Source: Paenibacillus guangzhouensis (GTDB lineage: Bacteria > Bacillota > Bacilli > Paenibacillales > Paenibacillaceae). Taken from it: 64,000 nucleotides of DNA. Below the pieces are notes generated by a model. The model had not been told where the DNA came from. It ran no database searches and saw nothing but the letters and a program-made list of their open reading frames with translations. The translations under genes were made by a program, and so were the position numbers. Below are positions 18,975 through 27,804 of this stretch, piece after piece (the stretch's first letter is position 1; each line of letters begins with the position of its first letter). Location: positions 6,369,006-6,433,005 of the forward strand of contig NZ_CP045293.1 of NCBI RefSeq assembly GCF_009363075.1. The letters are read 5' to 3'.

Positions 18975-21007
18975 AAGCCACCTCTAAGATCCAAGTCAAG
19001 ATTCTCAATCAGCCTTGCCAAACTAGGGCCAGAATAGTAATTTGAAGTTATTTGGCTGTTCTCATAGTTAAATCTATAAGCAGATATGAATGAATTAGTC
19101 AAACAGTTGTTAACCAAAGCATTAATGCATTCTTTGCTATGAGAGGTAACAAAAATCTGCACATTAAATATTTCAGCAAGCTCACCGATGAATTTAGAGA
19201 ATTCGACCAATAGGGAGTGGTGTAATGCATTCTCTAATTCATCAATGAATATTACTCCATTCTCAACTGCGGCAAATTGAAGAGATATGTGGAATATCCT
19301 CTGGAAACCTTCTCCAAAATTTGTGATATCCACTGCTGATTTGAAATTTTTATGGTTTACAAGGAAACGCTTCATCTCCCCTGCTAATTCTATATTTTCT
19401 ATTCCGCTGTCTAATCGTGAATTAATAAACTTAACTATACGTTCGATATTTCGAGTTTCTACACTTTTTTCATGTAATCTGATTAGTTCTTCCTGATTTT
19501 GCATTGAAAAGGGAGTTGTGTAGGTTGAGAAACATAATTGATGTATTTTATCATAGAAGATTTCATTTTCTTTCTCGATAAAAAGTCTTGATTGCGTAGT
19601 GAATGTTCTATCCTCTACGGTTGCTATTAAATTCAAAGAAGTGATATACGAGTTTTTATTTAGATTATTAATACTTTCTTCTTCTTTAACTAATTTTGTT
19701 GATATAGATTTACCTTCGAAGTTACCAGATATATTAATTTCATCAGGAATAACGGAAGAAAGCCATGAAAAATCTAACTCATCATGAAATTTTCCTCTTC
19801 TTCTAAATACATCATAGTAACCGAAAATATCATTTAATCGCGTAAGAAAGTAAAGGGCTTCTAAAAAACTAGACTTACCCGTATTATTGATTCCAGCAAT
19901 AATATTGATCTTATTCAAATTTTCTACTCTAAAGTTCCTGAAGAGTTTATAGTTTTCAATGTTTACAGAACAGAAATGATTTGTTACTTTTTCAATAAGT
20001 GTATTCTTTAACACTACAGTATTTTTACTAAAATCGTTGCCTGTTTGAGGAGATATACTAATTGCTTCAAGTAACTCTTGCTTATCTTTATAGTTTAAAG
20101 CTTTATCAACTGATTTAGTATTTTCCATATACAGAAGAGTTCTTTCGTCATCCAAAATTGAGCGAAGATTTCTTATATCGGTGTAGTTTTTGATTATACG
20201 TTCACCGGGAGAGTTATCACCGTTAGTGTTATCGTCTAAATCTTCTTCATCAATTGATAACCAATTAAACAATCGATTAAGGTTCTTACTATTACTTGCT
20301 TTTAAGTTTTCCTCATCCCATTCAATCCATGCTCTAAGATTCGGGCTTTTGATAATTTCTTCAAAAATTGTGTACATATCTGGTTTAAATTGCTCCCCGA
20401 ATTCGCAGATTCGGAACTGATCTATTAAACCTAAAGTTCTTAGTGCACGTTTAATAGTTCCTGATTTAATCCCTAGAGTATCTGCAACGTCCTTCTCATT
20501 TAGTTTTTTCTCATGAATTAAATAATGGAGATATTTTGCCTGATTCCAAGCAGGCCAGCTTTTTGTACCGCTTATATGTTTTAGGCCCATAATAATTTGA
20601 TAATTTTCAAGACTTTTTTCTGAATAGACCACGACTGGGATTGTAGAAAAAATGCTAGGATCTAGCCCTCCAATATCTAAACCAAGTTTATAACGTTCGT
20701 ATAAAACTTTTAATGTAGAGACACGACGATTACCTTCGATTACTTCATATTTGTCTTCTGATAAATTAGTTACCTGGATTAAATCTACAGGCAAATACCC
20801 ATTTTTTGTAAAACTCAGAAGCAAATCATCTATGTTTTCATTTTTGTTCCCTGTAACAAGAATTCTTGTTCTAGTTTGTAAAACAGGGTCAGTTATATCT
20901 TCAATTTTTTGTCCAAATTCAATCTCATGAACTAAGCGGAAATTTTTGGGATCTAGATATAGATTATCAATGTGGACTTCTTTGTGCTCATAAGCTTTAT
21001 CCATCAT
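18971..21007 (-). CDS. Fusion protein: N-terminal ParB/Srx-like domain, an HTH, and a C-terminal ABC-type ATPase (AAA_15/AAA_21, as in AbiLi, AriA and the OLD N-terminal half)
   Basis: 678 aa. ParB-like motifs LYLDPKNFRL and YEVIEGNRRVSTL. HTH-like IKSGTIKRALRTLGL. Walker A IIAGINNTGKSSFLEAL, Walker B VIFIDELENALH, H-loop IFVTSHS. Confidence 0.7.
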   Translation of the reverse strand: MMDKAYEHKEVHIDNLYLDPKNFRLVHEIEFGQKIEDITDPVLQTRTRILVTGNKNENIDDLLLSFTKNGYLPVDLIQVTNLSEDKYEVIEGNRRVSTLKVLYERYKLGLDIGGLDPSIFSTIPVVVYSEKSLENYQIIMGLKHISGTKSWPAWNQAKYLHYLIHEKKLNEKDVADTLGIKSGTIKRALRTLGLIDQFRICEFGEQFKPDMYTIFEEIIKSPNLRAWIEWDEENLKASNSKNLNRLFNWLSIDEEDLDDNTNGDNSPGERIIKNYTDIRNLRSILDDERTLLYMENTKSVDKALNYKDKQELLEAISISPQTGNDFSKNTVVLKNTLIEKVTNHFCSVNIENYKLFRNFRVENLNKINIIAGINNTGKSSFLEALYFLTRLNDIFGYYDVFRRRGKFHDELDFSWLSSVIPDEINISGNFEGKSISTKLVKEEESINNLNKNSYITSLNLIATVEDRTFTTQSRLFIEKENEIFYDKIHQLCFSTYTTPFSMQNQEELIRLHEKSVETRNIERIVKFINSRLDSGIENIELAGEMKRFLVNHKNFKSAVDITNFGEGFQRIFHISLQFAAVENGVIFIDELENALHHSLLVEFSKFIGELAEIFNVQIFVTSHSKECINALVNNCLTNSFISAYRFNYENSQITSNYYSGPSLARLIENLDLDLRGGL

Positions 21008-21652
21008 TAGGGTGCAACCCTCCTTTGTGATATTAATATAATAGTAGCATTTTCCATTCGGTTATGAAATGGATATATTCAATTATAGCCTTATATGATT
21101 AGAAATAACCCATAAAAACCAATATGTTTTATTGTTAGAATATAGGCTGAATATCTAGGAATCTTAAAGCCTTTACTTACTATAAAGCCTAATTATGTTA
21201 TTTTGTTGATGAATTATGTCAACAAACAATAAATCAATTTTGTTACGATGCATGTAGAAGGGTTAACTTATAGAATCTAAGCGATTCAATTCAATAAAAT
21301 ATTTACAATAACTCCATCGATCATTCAATTCACACCATTGTTAGTTTCAGGAAAATACTTTATCAACATAAACCAAAAGTATATATGAGAATTAATTTTA
21401 GAATAAGTGTCCTATTCATTATTTCAGAGCTACGTATACGAAAATCTCGTAATATTTTCACCCTGTTCCTCCACATATAAATAAGCGAAAATACGATCAG
21501 TGGCCAAGAACATCGAGGCACATGGGATGGGTTACTTCGCCTATTAAGTGTACCTATCCCAACTTATTCCTCAATGATCTTTCCACAGGAAGTTGCGGGG
21601 GCCGTTAAGGTCATCCGCATGATCCCAAATTATAGTGTAGGAGTAGATTGAG

Positions 21653-22822
21653 ATGGCGATCGTCCAAGTGAGATCCACGAATCCGCAGTTCTCGTATTTA
21701 ATTAAGAAAAATCCGAATTCCGGCATGATGCTTCGCTCGATCCGCAGAGGTATGACGTACGGATGGTACACCGATGACCAGACCTATAACGTTTATTTTA
21801 AAGACGCAGACAATGAAATTTCCTATAAACAGCATGAGCAGGAGAATTTCGAATATCTAAATGTATCGAGGTACAACACGCCGTTATTTCCTCTTAATGC
21901 TATTAATGAATTCTTCTCCGCGCCGCTTAAGGCACAAGACGAACGAGATGTAGAGGGTTATGAGCATACCTTCTTTATTAATATGATACATATCGAACTG
22001 ATCCGGTATATTGAGTTTTTCGAGAAACATTTGAAAGATTTCTCTTTCGAAATCACCCACCAGGCCCATAAGAGCTATTCGCTCACCGTTACGACGAAGG
22101 AGAGCCTGTATCAGCTGCTGCATGCGGTCAGTGTATTATGCTTATTCCTGTCCATGTTCGGCAACGAGTACATCGATATCTCGGACAGCATTCTAGATAA
22201 GTACATCAAGAGCATGAATGTGATTGATGCACCATTCTATATTCGTAGCCTGTTCGTACGGAACTTCTTGTCTTCAAGAGATCGGTTTCATAAATACAAG
22301 GCAGAGCTTGAGAAAACGGAGCGATATGACATTCAGTTCGCCTACGGAGGTACGGCACTGCAGCGAAGAAATTATATCGGAAGCGCACTGGCTTTTGACA
22401 AATCGATCTTGGATGTAGGGTGTGGAGAGGGATTCTATGCGCTCCCTTTTGCGGGGAAAATAGAAGGCAGCTACTATGCGGTGGATATCCATGAGGAGTC
22501 TCTGGAGAAGGTAAGGCGTAAAGCTGAGGCCAGGGAGATCGATAACATCGTCATATTCGGCTCGATCGATCAGTTCCTGGAAAGCTATAACGGAGAGCAA
22601 GTCGACGTGATTCTTACGGAGGTTATTGAACATATGAGCCAGAATGAGGCCAAACTGCTGATCCATCAAATCTCCGCGCATGTCGATTTTGACAGATTTA
22701 TTATCACGACGCCTAACGCCGATTTTAATATCTACTATGAGCTGAACGATTTCCGTCATGACGACCATAAGTGGGAAATGGGCGAGGAATCATTCCAGCA
22801 GTGGATGCGCGATGTGATTTAG
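21653..22822 (+). CDS. hen1: Hen1-like RNA 3'-terminal 2'-O-methyltransferase (class I SAM-dependent MTase with an N-terminal Hen1-type domain)
   Basis: 389 aa. SAM motif I ILDVGCGEGFYAL. Hen1-type metal motif VILTEVIEHM. Immediately upstream of pnkp. Confidence 0.65.
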   Translation: MAIVQVRSTNPQFSYLIKKNPNSGMMLRSIRRGMTYGWYTDDQTYNVYFKDADNEISYKQHEQENFEYLNVSRYNTPLFPLNAINEFFSAPLKAQDERDVEGYEHTFFINMIHIELIRYIEFFEKHLKDFSFEITHQAHKSYSLTVTTKESLYQLLHAVSVLCLFLSMFGNEYIDISDSILDKYIKSMNVIDAPFYIRSLFVRNFLSSRDRFHKYKAELEKTERYDIQFAYGGTALQRRNYIGSALAFDKSILDVGCGEGFYALPFAGKIEGSYYAVDIHEESLEKVRRKAEAREIDNIVIFGSIDQFLESYNGEQVDVILTEVIEHMSQNEAKLLIHQISAHVDFDRFIITTPNADFNIYYELNDFRHDDHKWEMGEESFQQWMRDVI

Positions 22823-22921
22823 GATACGAATCTGCATGCTGAATTTGTAGCCGTTGGCGATGGCGTCAACAATATCAAGACGACGCAGGGCGTCATACTT
22901 AAGAGAAGGGGGGCCTGAACC

Positions 22922-25507
22922 ATGGATATTCAAACGAAAATTCATACGATTTTCATGCTGATCGGGTCTACCGAATGCGGCAAAACGACGTTCGCCAAGG
23001 AAGTACTAATTCCCGGGTTGCGTTTTGAGGATGCCAGCCGGAATGTTAGGGGCAACGTTCAATATTTATCCTCAGACCAGATCCGCCAGGAGGTTCTTGG
23101 CTATGAATACGATAAGTATGACCAAGTGATGCTCGAGGCTAGCGAACAAGCTTTTCACCTGTTGTTTGAACGGTTGAAGATGGCAACGTCTTTTCCGATC
23201 AATGCAGAGTTTGTGGTCGTTGATACAACTGGGTTGTCGGAGGATTTCCGCGCAAAGGTGAAGGAAGTTGCGTTTCAGAACAATTACAACCTTGAGGTCA
23301 TTGTCTTCGATTATCGCAAACGGGAAGATTATTATGCCTCGGAGCGTTCGAAGAAATTGATTACGAATCACATTAACCGTCTGAAAAAAGAAGTTCTCGG
23401 TTCGTTATCTCGCGAAGGATACGGCAAGATTCATAAAGTGCGCGCCAAGGATTTTTATCTGCCCGAAGAAGGAAGAGCGAACCCAGAATACAACATTGTC
23501 ATCGAGGATTTGGATTCTTATTTATCGACTGTTCTGCCACAGGATCAGCAATATATCATCATTGGGGATGTCCACGAATGTGTGGATGATCTGAAAGGGC
23601 TGCTCCTCGACCACGGGTACAAGATGGATGCAGGCAAGCTGGTTGTAACAGATAAGCTGAAGCATACCAAGCTCATTCTCGTTGGGGACTGGATTGATAA
23701 AGGCAAACAGACGCAGGACATCGTTCAGTTTTTATATGATAACCAGGAGCACTTCTACTTCGTGCTAGGGAATCACGAGAACTTCGTCGACAAGTATATC
23801 AAAGGTGAAATAAAAGGCGTCGATCAAGAGTTGCTCCATACGTATTTTGATTCAACGCAAGTGTTATTGAACGATTCGGTGCTACTGGATAAATTCCAGC
23901 ACCTCGTGTCGATTTCCAAACCGTTCTATCGGTATGTAGGCGTCAACGGTTCGTCCTTCTATGTCACACATGCCCCGTGCCGGAATAAATACATCGGGAA
24001 GCTGGATACGAATTCTATTCGACATCAGCGGAACTTCCGAATCGATCGGGAGGCGCCATTGGAGGGTCAACTTGCATTTCTGCAGGAGGAAGCGGTCAGA
24101 AATCATCCGTATCACGTGTTCGGTCACGTTGCAGCCAAGCAGTCTTTCCAAATCGGCAACAAGCTTCACATCGACACGGGAAGCGTGCATGGTAACCTAT
24201 TAACTTCCGTCAGTATCTCGTATAAGCCGTTTATGAAGTCCCACAAATCCCACCAAGCGGTGATTACTGAGGAATTGCAGACTTTATTCAAGCAAGAGCG
24301 AAAGGTATCCATGCAAGACCTTGCAGAGGACGATATCCGCAGACTCCATTATTGCTCGCGACACAAAATCAATTTCATCTCAGGTACCATGTCCCCAGCG
24401 GATAAGGACGACGAGACGAATGAGTTGGAATCCTTAAAGTGTGGACTCGAATATTTCAAAGAACGCGATGTCCAGCAGGTTGTTCTGCAGCCGAAATATA
24501 TGGGTTCGAGATGCAATATTTATTTGCATAGAGATCCGGAGCAATGCTTCGCTGTCAGTCGCAACGGTTACAAAATCAATCATGTGGATTTATCGGAGAT
24601 CTACGGTGAGCTGCTGCAAAAGTTCGGTAGCTATATGGAAGAGCAGAAGATTGCCATGATGATTCTAGATGGAGAGCTTCTTCCGTGGATGGCGCTTGGC
24701 GAAGGACTGATCGAAAGACAGTTTAAGCCTATTGAAAAATCGCTGGAGACTGAGCTAACATTCCTACAGCAAAACGGTTTTGAGGAAGCCTTTCTTAAGC
24801 TTATGACTGAGTACGAGGCGAGTGGTTTTGAACAAGATCAACATCATACAGCCAAGTCTGTGTTAAGTGATAAGTACGGCTCAAGCGTATACCAAAACTA
24901 TAAGTACGCCCATGATATTCGGGGAACGTATGTCCCATTATCCGAGCACATGAAGGCTTATCAAACGTATAGAAGACAGTTGGAGCTATATGCGCAAGAC
25001 GAGGCTATGAAGTATAAACCGTTTGCCGTGTTGAAAATCGTATATGATGACGGGCAGGAAGAAGTTCCAGAATGGAAGACCAGCGAGATGTATGCTTTTC
25101 TCTCGGAAGATGAAGCGATCACATTGGATCTATCCGAGCCGGACGGCTTGGAGCGAGCTGAACGTTACTTCTCGAAGCTTACGACGGAGAACCATATGGA
25201 AGGGATCGTAATCAAACCGGAGATAAGGAACGGAAAAACGGTACCGTATATGAAAGTGCGTAATCCCGATTATTTGTCCATCATTTACGGATATGACTAC
25301 AAGTTCCCGCATAAATACCGTAAGCTGCTTAAACAAAAGAATGTCAATCCAAAGCTTCGTACTTCACTCAAGGAGTACCAATTGGGGATGCAAATGCTAG
25401 CGGTACCATTTGATGCAATTACGCCTGAGCATGAGGCTTATAAAGAGATCGCTGCTAATCTACTGTTCGAGGTTGCACAGGAGCGGGAGATCGATCCGCG
25501 TCTATAA
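22922..25507 (+). CDS. pnkp: Bacterial polynucleotide kinase-phosphatase (Pnkp): P-loop kinase, calcineurin-like phosphoesterase and adenylyltransferase/ligase domains
   Basis: 861 aa. Kinase P-loop GSTECGKTTF. Phosphoesterase motifs GDVHEC, GDWIDKG and GNHEN. Ligase motif I-like KYMGSR. Confidence 0.85.
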   Translation: MDIQTKIHTIFMLIGSTECGKTTFAKEVLIPGLRFEDASRNVRGNVQYLSSDQIRQEVLGYEYDKYDQVMLEASEQAFHLLFERLKMATSFPINAEFVVVDTTGLSEDFRAKVKEVAFQNNYNLEVIVFDYRKREDYYASERSKKLITNHINRLKKEVLGSLSREGYGKIHKVRAKDFYLPEEGRANPEYNIVIEDLDSYLSTVLPQDQQYIIIGDVHECVDDLKGLLLDHGYKMDAGKLVVTDKLKHTKLILVGDWIDKGKQTQDIVQFLYDNQEHFYFVLGNHENFVDKYIKGEIKGVDQELLHTYFDSTQVLLNDSVLLDKFQHLVSISKPFYRYVGVNGSSFYVTHAPCRNKYIGKLDTNSIRHQRNFRIDREAPLEGQLAFLQEEAVRNHPYHVFGHVAAKQSFQIGNKLHIDTGSVHGNLLTSVSISYKPFMKSHKSHQAVITEELQTLFKQERKVSMQDLAEDDIRRLHYCSRHKINFISGTMSPADKDDETNELESLKCGLEYFKERDVQQVVLQPKYMGSRCNIYLHRDPEQCFAVSRNGYKINHVDLSEIYGELLQKFGSYMEEQKIAMMILDGELLPWMALGEGLIERQFKPIEKSLETELTFLQQNGFEEAFLKLMTEYEASGFEQDQHHTAKSVLSDKYGSSVYQNYKYAHDIRGTYVPLSEHMKAYQTYRRQLELYAQDEAMKYKPFAVLKIVYDDGQEEVPEWKTSEMYAFLSEDEAITLDLSEPDGLERAERYFSKLTTENHMEGIVIKPEIRNGKTVPYMKVRNPDYLSIIYGYDYKFPHKYRKLLKQKNVNPKLRTSLKEYQLGMQMLAVPFDAITPEHEAYKEIAANLLFEVAQEREIDPRL

Positions 25508-25608
25508 CAGGGATGAGGTGTCTGACTTAGAGTCGGGCACCTTTCCTTTGTACAAAAGATGTGTAAATCTATAATTCTCCTATCTCTTATTTTTCGAAAC
25601 AAGTATAA
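25192..25608 (+). repeat. Direct repeat copy 1 (about 416 bp): the last 315 bp of pnkp plus 100 bp of downstream sequence
   Basis: Near-identical to 26765..27180, including the hairpin gtgtctgactTAgagtcgggcac and the tail ttttcgaaacaagtataat. Confidence 0.85.
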
Positions 25609-25634
25609 TGCTCAATACTTCAGACTTTAGTGAA

Positions 25635-25815
25635 GTGCAACACGCGGCCAATTTAGGCGGAGACTCGGACACGATTGCCTAGGGCCTGGCGGGGGTGTAT
25701 TGGGTATATAGCAAGATTCCATCGGTGTTGCTGATGGATTATTGATCAAAGATCGACTAGAAGAAGTCATTTCGTATCTGTATCGTTACGGACAGGAGAG
25801 AAAGCCCCCTTCATA
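25635..25815 (+). pseudogene. Remnant of the C-terminus of an ADP-ribosylglycohydrolase gene (premature stop plus frameshift)
   Basis: Translates as VQHAANLGGDSDTIA*GLAGVYW...IPS then, frame-shifted, LIKDRLEEVISYLYRY. This is homologous to the 3' end of the ARH gene at 35190-35362 (AANLGNDSDTIGAIAGGLAGIHWGYREIPS...LINERLNDIALRLYRS). Confidence 0.55.
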
Positions 25816-26019
25816 AGCATAGAAAAGAAGCTTCGGCAATCATACTCAACGATTGTCGAAGCTTCTTTGTTATGTTCCTATTCCTCAACCAAATACACAA
25901 TCTCCCGAATATCCTCGCTATTCAGTGCCTCCGCAACTCGCTCAATATGGCTGAAATTAATATTCACCCGCTTGCCATTAGCCAACTCGCTTAATGCGGC
26001 ATGTCTTACATCGGACAGC

Positions 26020-26223
26020 CTAGGAAGGTTCTCGTCTGTCCTTCCATTCATTTACTTCTCTAGGATCAATATCTAGAAGCTCGCAGATATGCAAAGCTAT
26101 GGTCACTGTGGGCGTTGTTATACCATGTTCGATGTTTTGGTAATGTTTCAATGAAACGTTAATAGCTCGACTTAGCTTTTCTTGACTAATACCTTTATGT
26201 TTTCTGGCTTCACTTAGATTCAA
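26020..26223 (-). CDS. XRE-family HTH regulator, apparently disrupted at its 3' end (C-terminal homology continues out of frame to about 25880)
   Basis: 67-aa ORF with HTH GISQEKLSRAINVSLKHYQNIE. DNA at 25880-26040 is homologous to the 3' end of the XRE gene at 41574-41700 but is not in the same frame. Confidence 0.5.
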   Translation of the reverse strand: MNLSEARKHKGISQEKLSRAINVSLKHYQNIEHGITTPTVTIALHICELLDIDPREVNEWKDRREPS

Positions 26224-26429
26224 AAGTAAACAACTCCTAGCTGGTTTTTACCATCGTAACAAAAGTGTGAAATTTAAATAACAAATTATTATTGGCAAAT
26301 TTTAATACGAGAATTATAATTACTAATTAAGTGAACTGTTAACTTGGAAAGAGGTGAGGATATGGTATCGATGTATGAATAAAATAGTTTTGTGGTCCTA
26401 AAGGAAATTTATTCAACTATTTACATGAG

Positions 26430-26738
26430 ATGTCATTGAATAGCAGACAAAATGAGGTGGCAGATATGAATGATACATTTAAAAAATACGAAGAAGCCAT
26501 CCAAGAAGAACACACACTAATGCAAAGAATCTGCCTGTGCAAAGAACTCATCAACGTTATACTAGAGTATATCTCCAACAAGGCAGATAATATTCATTTG
26601 CCTACTGCGGAGGACATTGTGACTGCCATCCATACGATGGGGCAGGATCTCGATACAGAGCTGCTTCATCTGCAGTTAGAAATGGGAGTCCTCGAGAGGG
26701 AGATTAAAAGCTTAAGGTTACAGAAAGAATACCTCTAG
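26430..26738 (+). CDS. Small conserved 102-aa protein of unknown function, divergently paired with the XRE gene; copy 1 of a three-member family in this window
   Basis: Close paralog of 41885..42193 (the YEEAIQEEHTLMQRI...IHLPTAEDIVT.IHTM...DTELLHLQLEM block is conserved). Confidence 0.6.
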   Translation: MSLNSRQNEVADMNDTFKKYEEAIQEEHTLMQRICLCKELINVILEYISNKADNIHLPTAEDIVTAIHTMGQDLDTELLHLQLEMGVLEREIKSLRLQKEYL

Positions 26739-26764
26739 ATGCCTCGATGCGTACGCTGGAGACT

Positions 26765-27180
26765 ATATGGAAGGGATCGTGATCAAACCGGAGATATGGA
26801 ATGGAAAAACGGTACCGTATATGAAAGTGCGGAATCCCGATTATTTGTCCATCATCTATGGATACGACTACAAGTTCCCGCATAAATACCGCAAGCTGCT
26901 CAAACAAAAGAATGTTAATTCAAAGCTTCGTACTTCATTCAAGGAGTACCAGTTGGGGATGCAAATGCTAGCAGTACCATTTGATGCAATTACGCCTGAG
27001 CATGAGGCTTATAAAGTGATCGCTGCTAATCTACTGTTCGAGGTAGCGCAGGAGCGGGAGATCGATCCGCGTCTATAACAGGGATGAGGTGTCTGACTTA
27101 GAGTCGGGCACTTTTCCTTTGTACAAAAGATGCGTAAATCTATAATTCTCCTATCTCTTATTTTTCGAAACAAGTATAAT
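26765..27180 (+). repeat. Direct repeat copy 2, containing a duplicated pnkp 3' fragment (ORF 26767..27078, 103 aa, a non-functional gene fragment)
   Basis: The 103-aa product is near-identical to the last 103 aa of Pnkp with a few substitutions (R>W, P>S, L>F, E>V). The downstream 100 bp are also duplicated. Confidence 0.85.
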
Positions 27181-27228
27181 ACAATTAATGGAATTGTTAT
27201 GATAGCATTGGGAAGCGAAGGAGTAGTT

Positions 27229-27784
27229 ATGTTAAATCAAGTTATGGAACAAAGCTTAAGCAAATTAATGACGAAGATTCTGCGGCACACACCGGAGGAT
27301 TTTGGAGTTCTCTTGGATCCTGAGGACAGTTCATGTCCGCTAGATTCGTTATTGGAAGCCCATTCAAGCACAGCCTAAGTGGTCGTTGGTTAAAATGGAA
27401 GATATAGAGCAGGTGGTCCGTAATTCAGAAAAGCAGCGTTTTGAAATCGAAGGCAGCCGCATCCGAGCAAGGTACGGTCATAGTCATGCCAAAGTCCAAT
27501 ATGCCCCGGGTGAGCCTCCGGCCATTCTATATCATGGAACGAATAAGAAGGCTCTTTCGTCGATCTTGAAGGAAGGGCTGCGACCGATGAGCCGGCAGTA
27601 TGTGCATTTGTCGGAAGGCACCCATTTTGCAACGCTGGCAGGGAGCCGCAGGGGAGAGCTTGTCATTCTCAAGGTAGACACCGCTCATGCCAAGCAGTTA
27701 GGAATTACATTCTACTACGCAGGGAACGAAGTATGGCTAGCTGACCGGGTGCCGCCTACAAGCTGCTCGGTCATGGAGCCCTAG
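27229..27784 (+). pseudogene. kptA: RNA 2'-phosphotransferase KptA/Tpt1 interrupted by a frameshift near 27370-27380
   Basis: N-terminal part LSKLMTKILRHTPEDFGVLLDPEDSSCPLDSLL lies in one frame and ends in a stop. The continuation KWSLVKMEDIEQVVRNSEKQRFEIEGSRIRARYGHS...HGT...RRGELVILKVD...VWLADRVP lies in the +1 frame. Together they align to Tpt1/KptA end to end. Confidence 0.7.
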
Positions 27785-27804
27785 GAAAAGGAGCAATTAT
27801 AATC

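Noticed and set aside
26704-26907. 67-aa minus-strand ORF and its twin at 25130-25336
   Set aside because: Both are the antisense frame of the duplicated pnkp 3' segment. They are artefacts of the repeat, not genes
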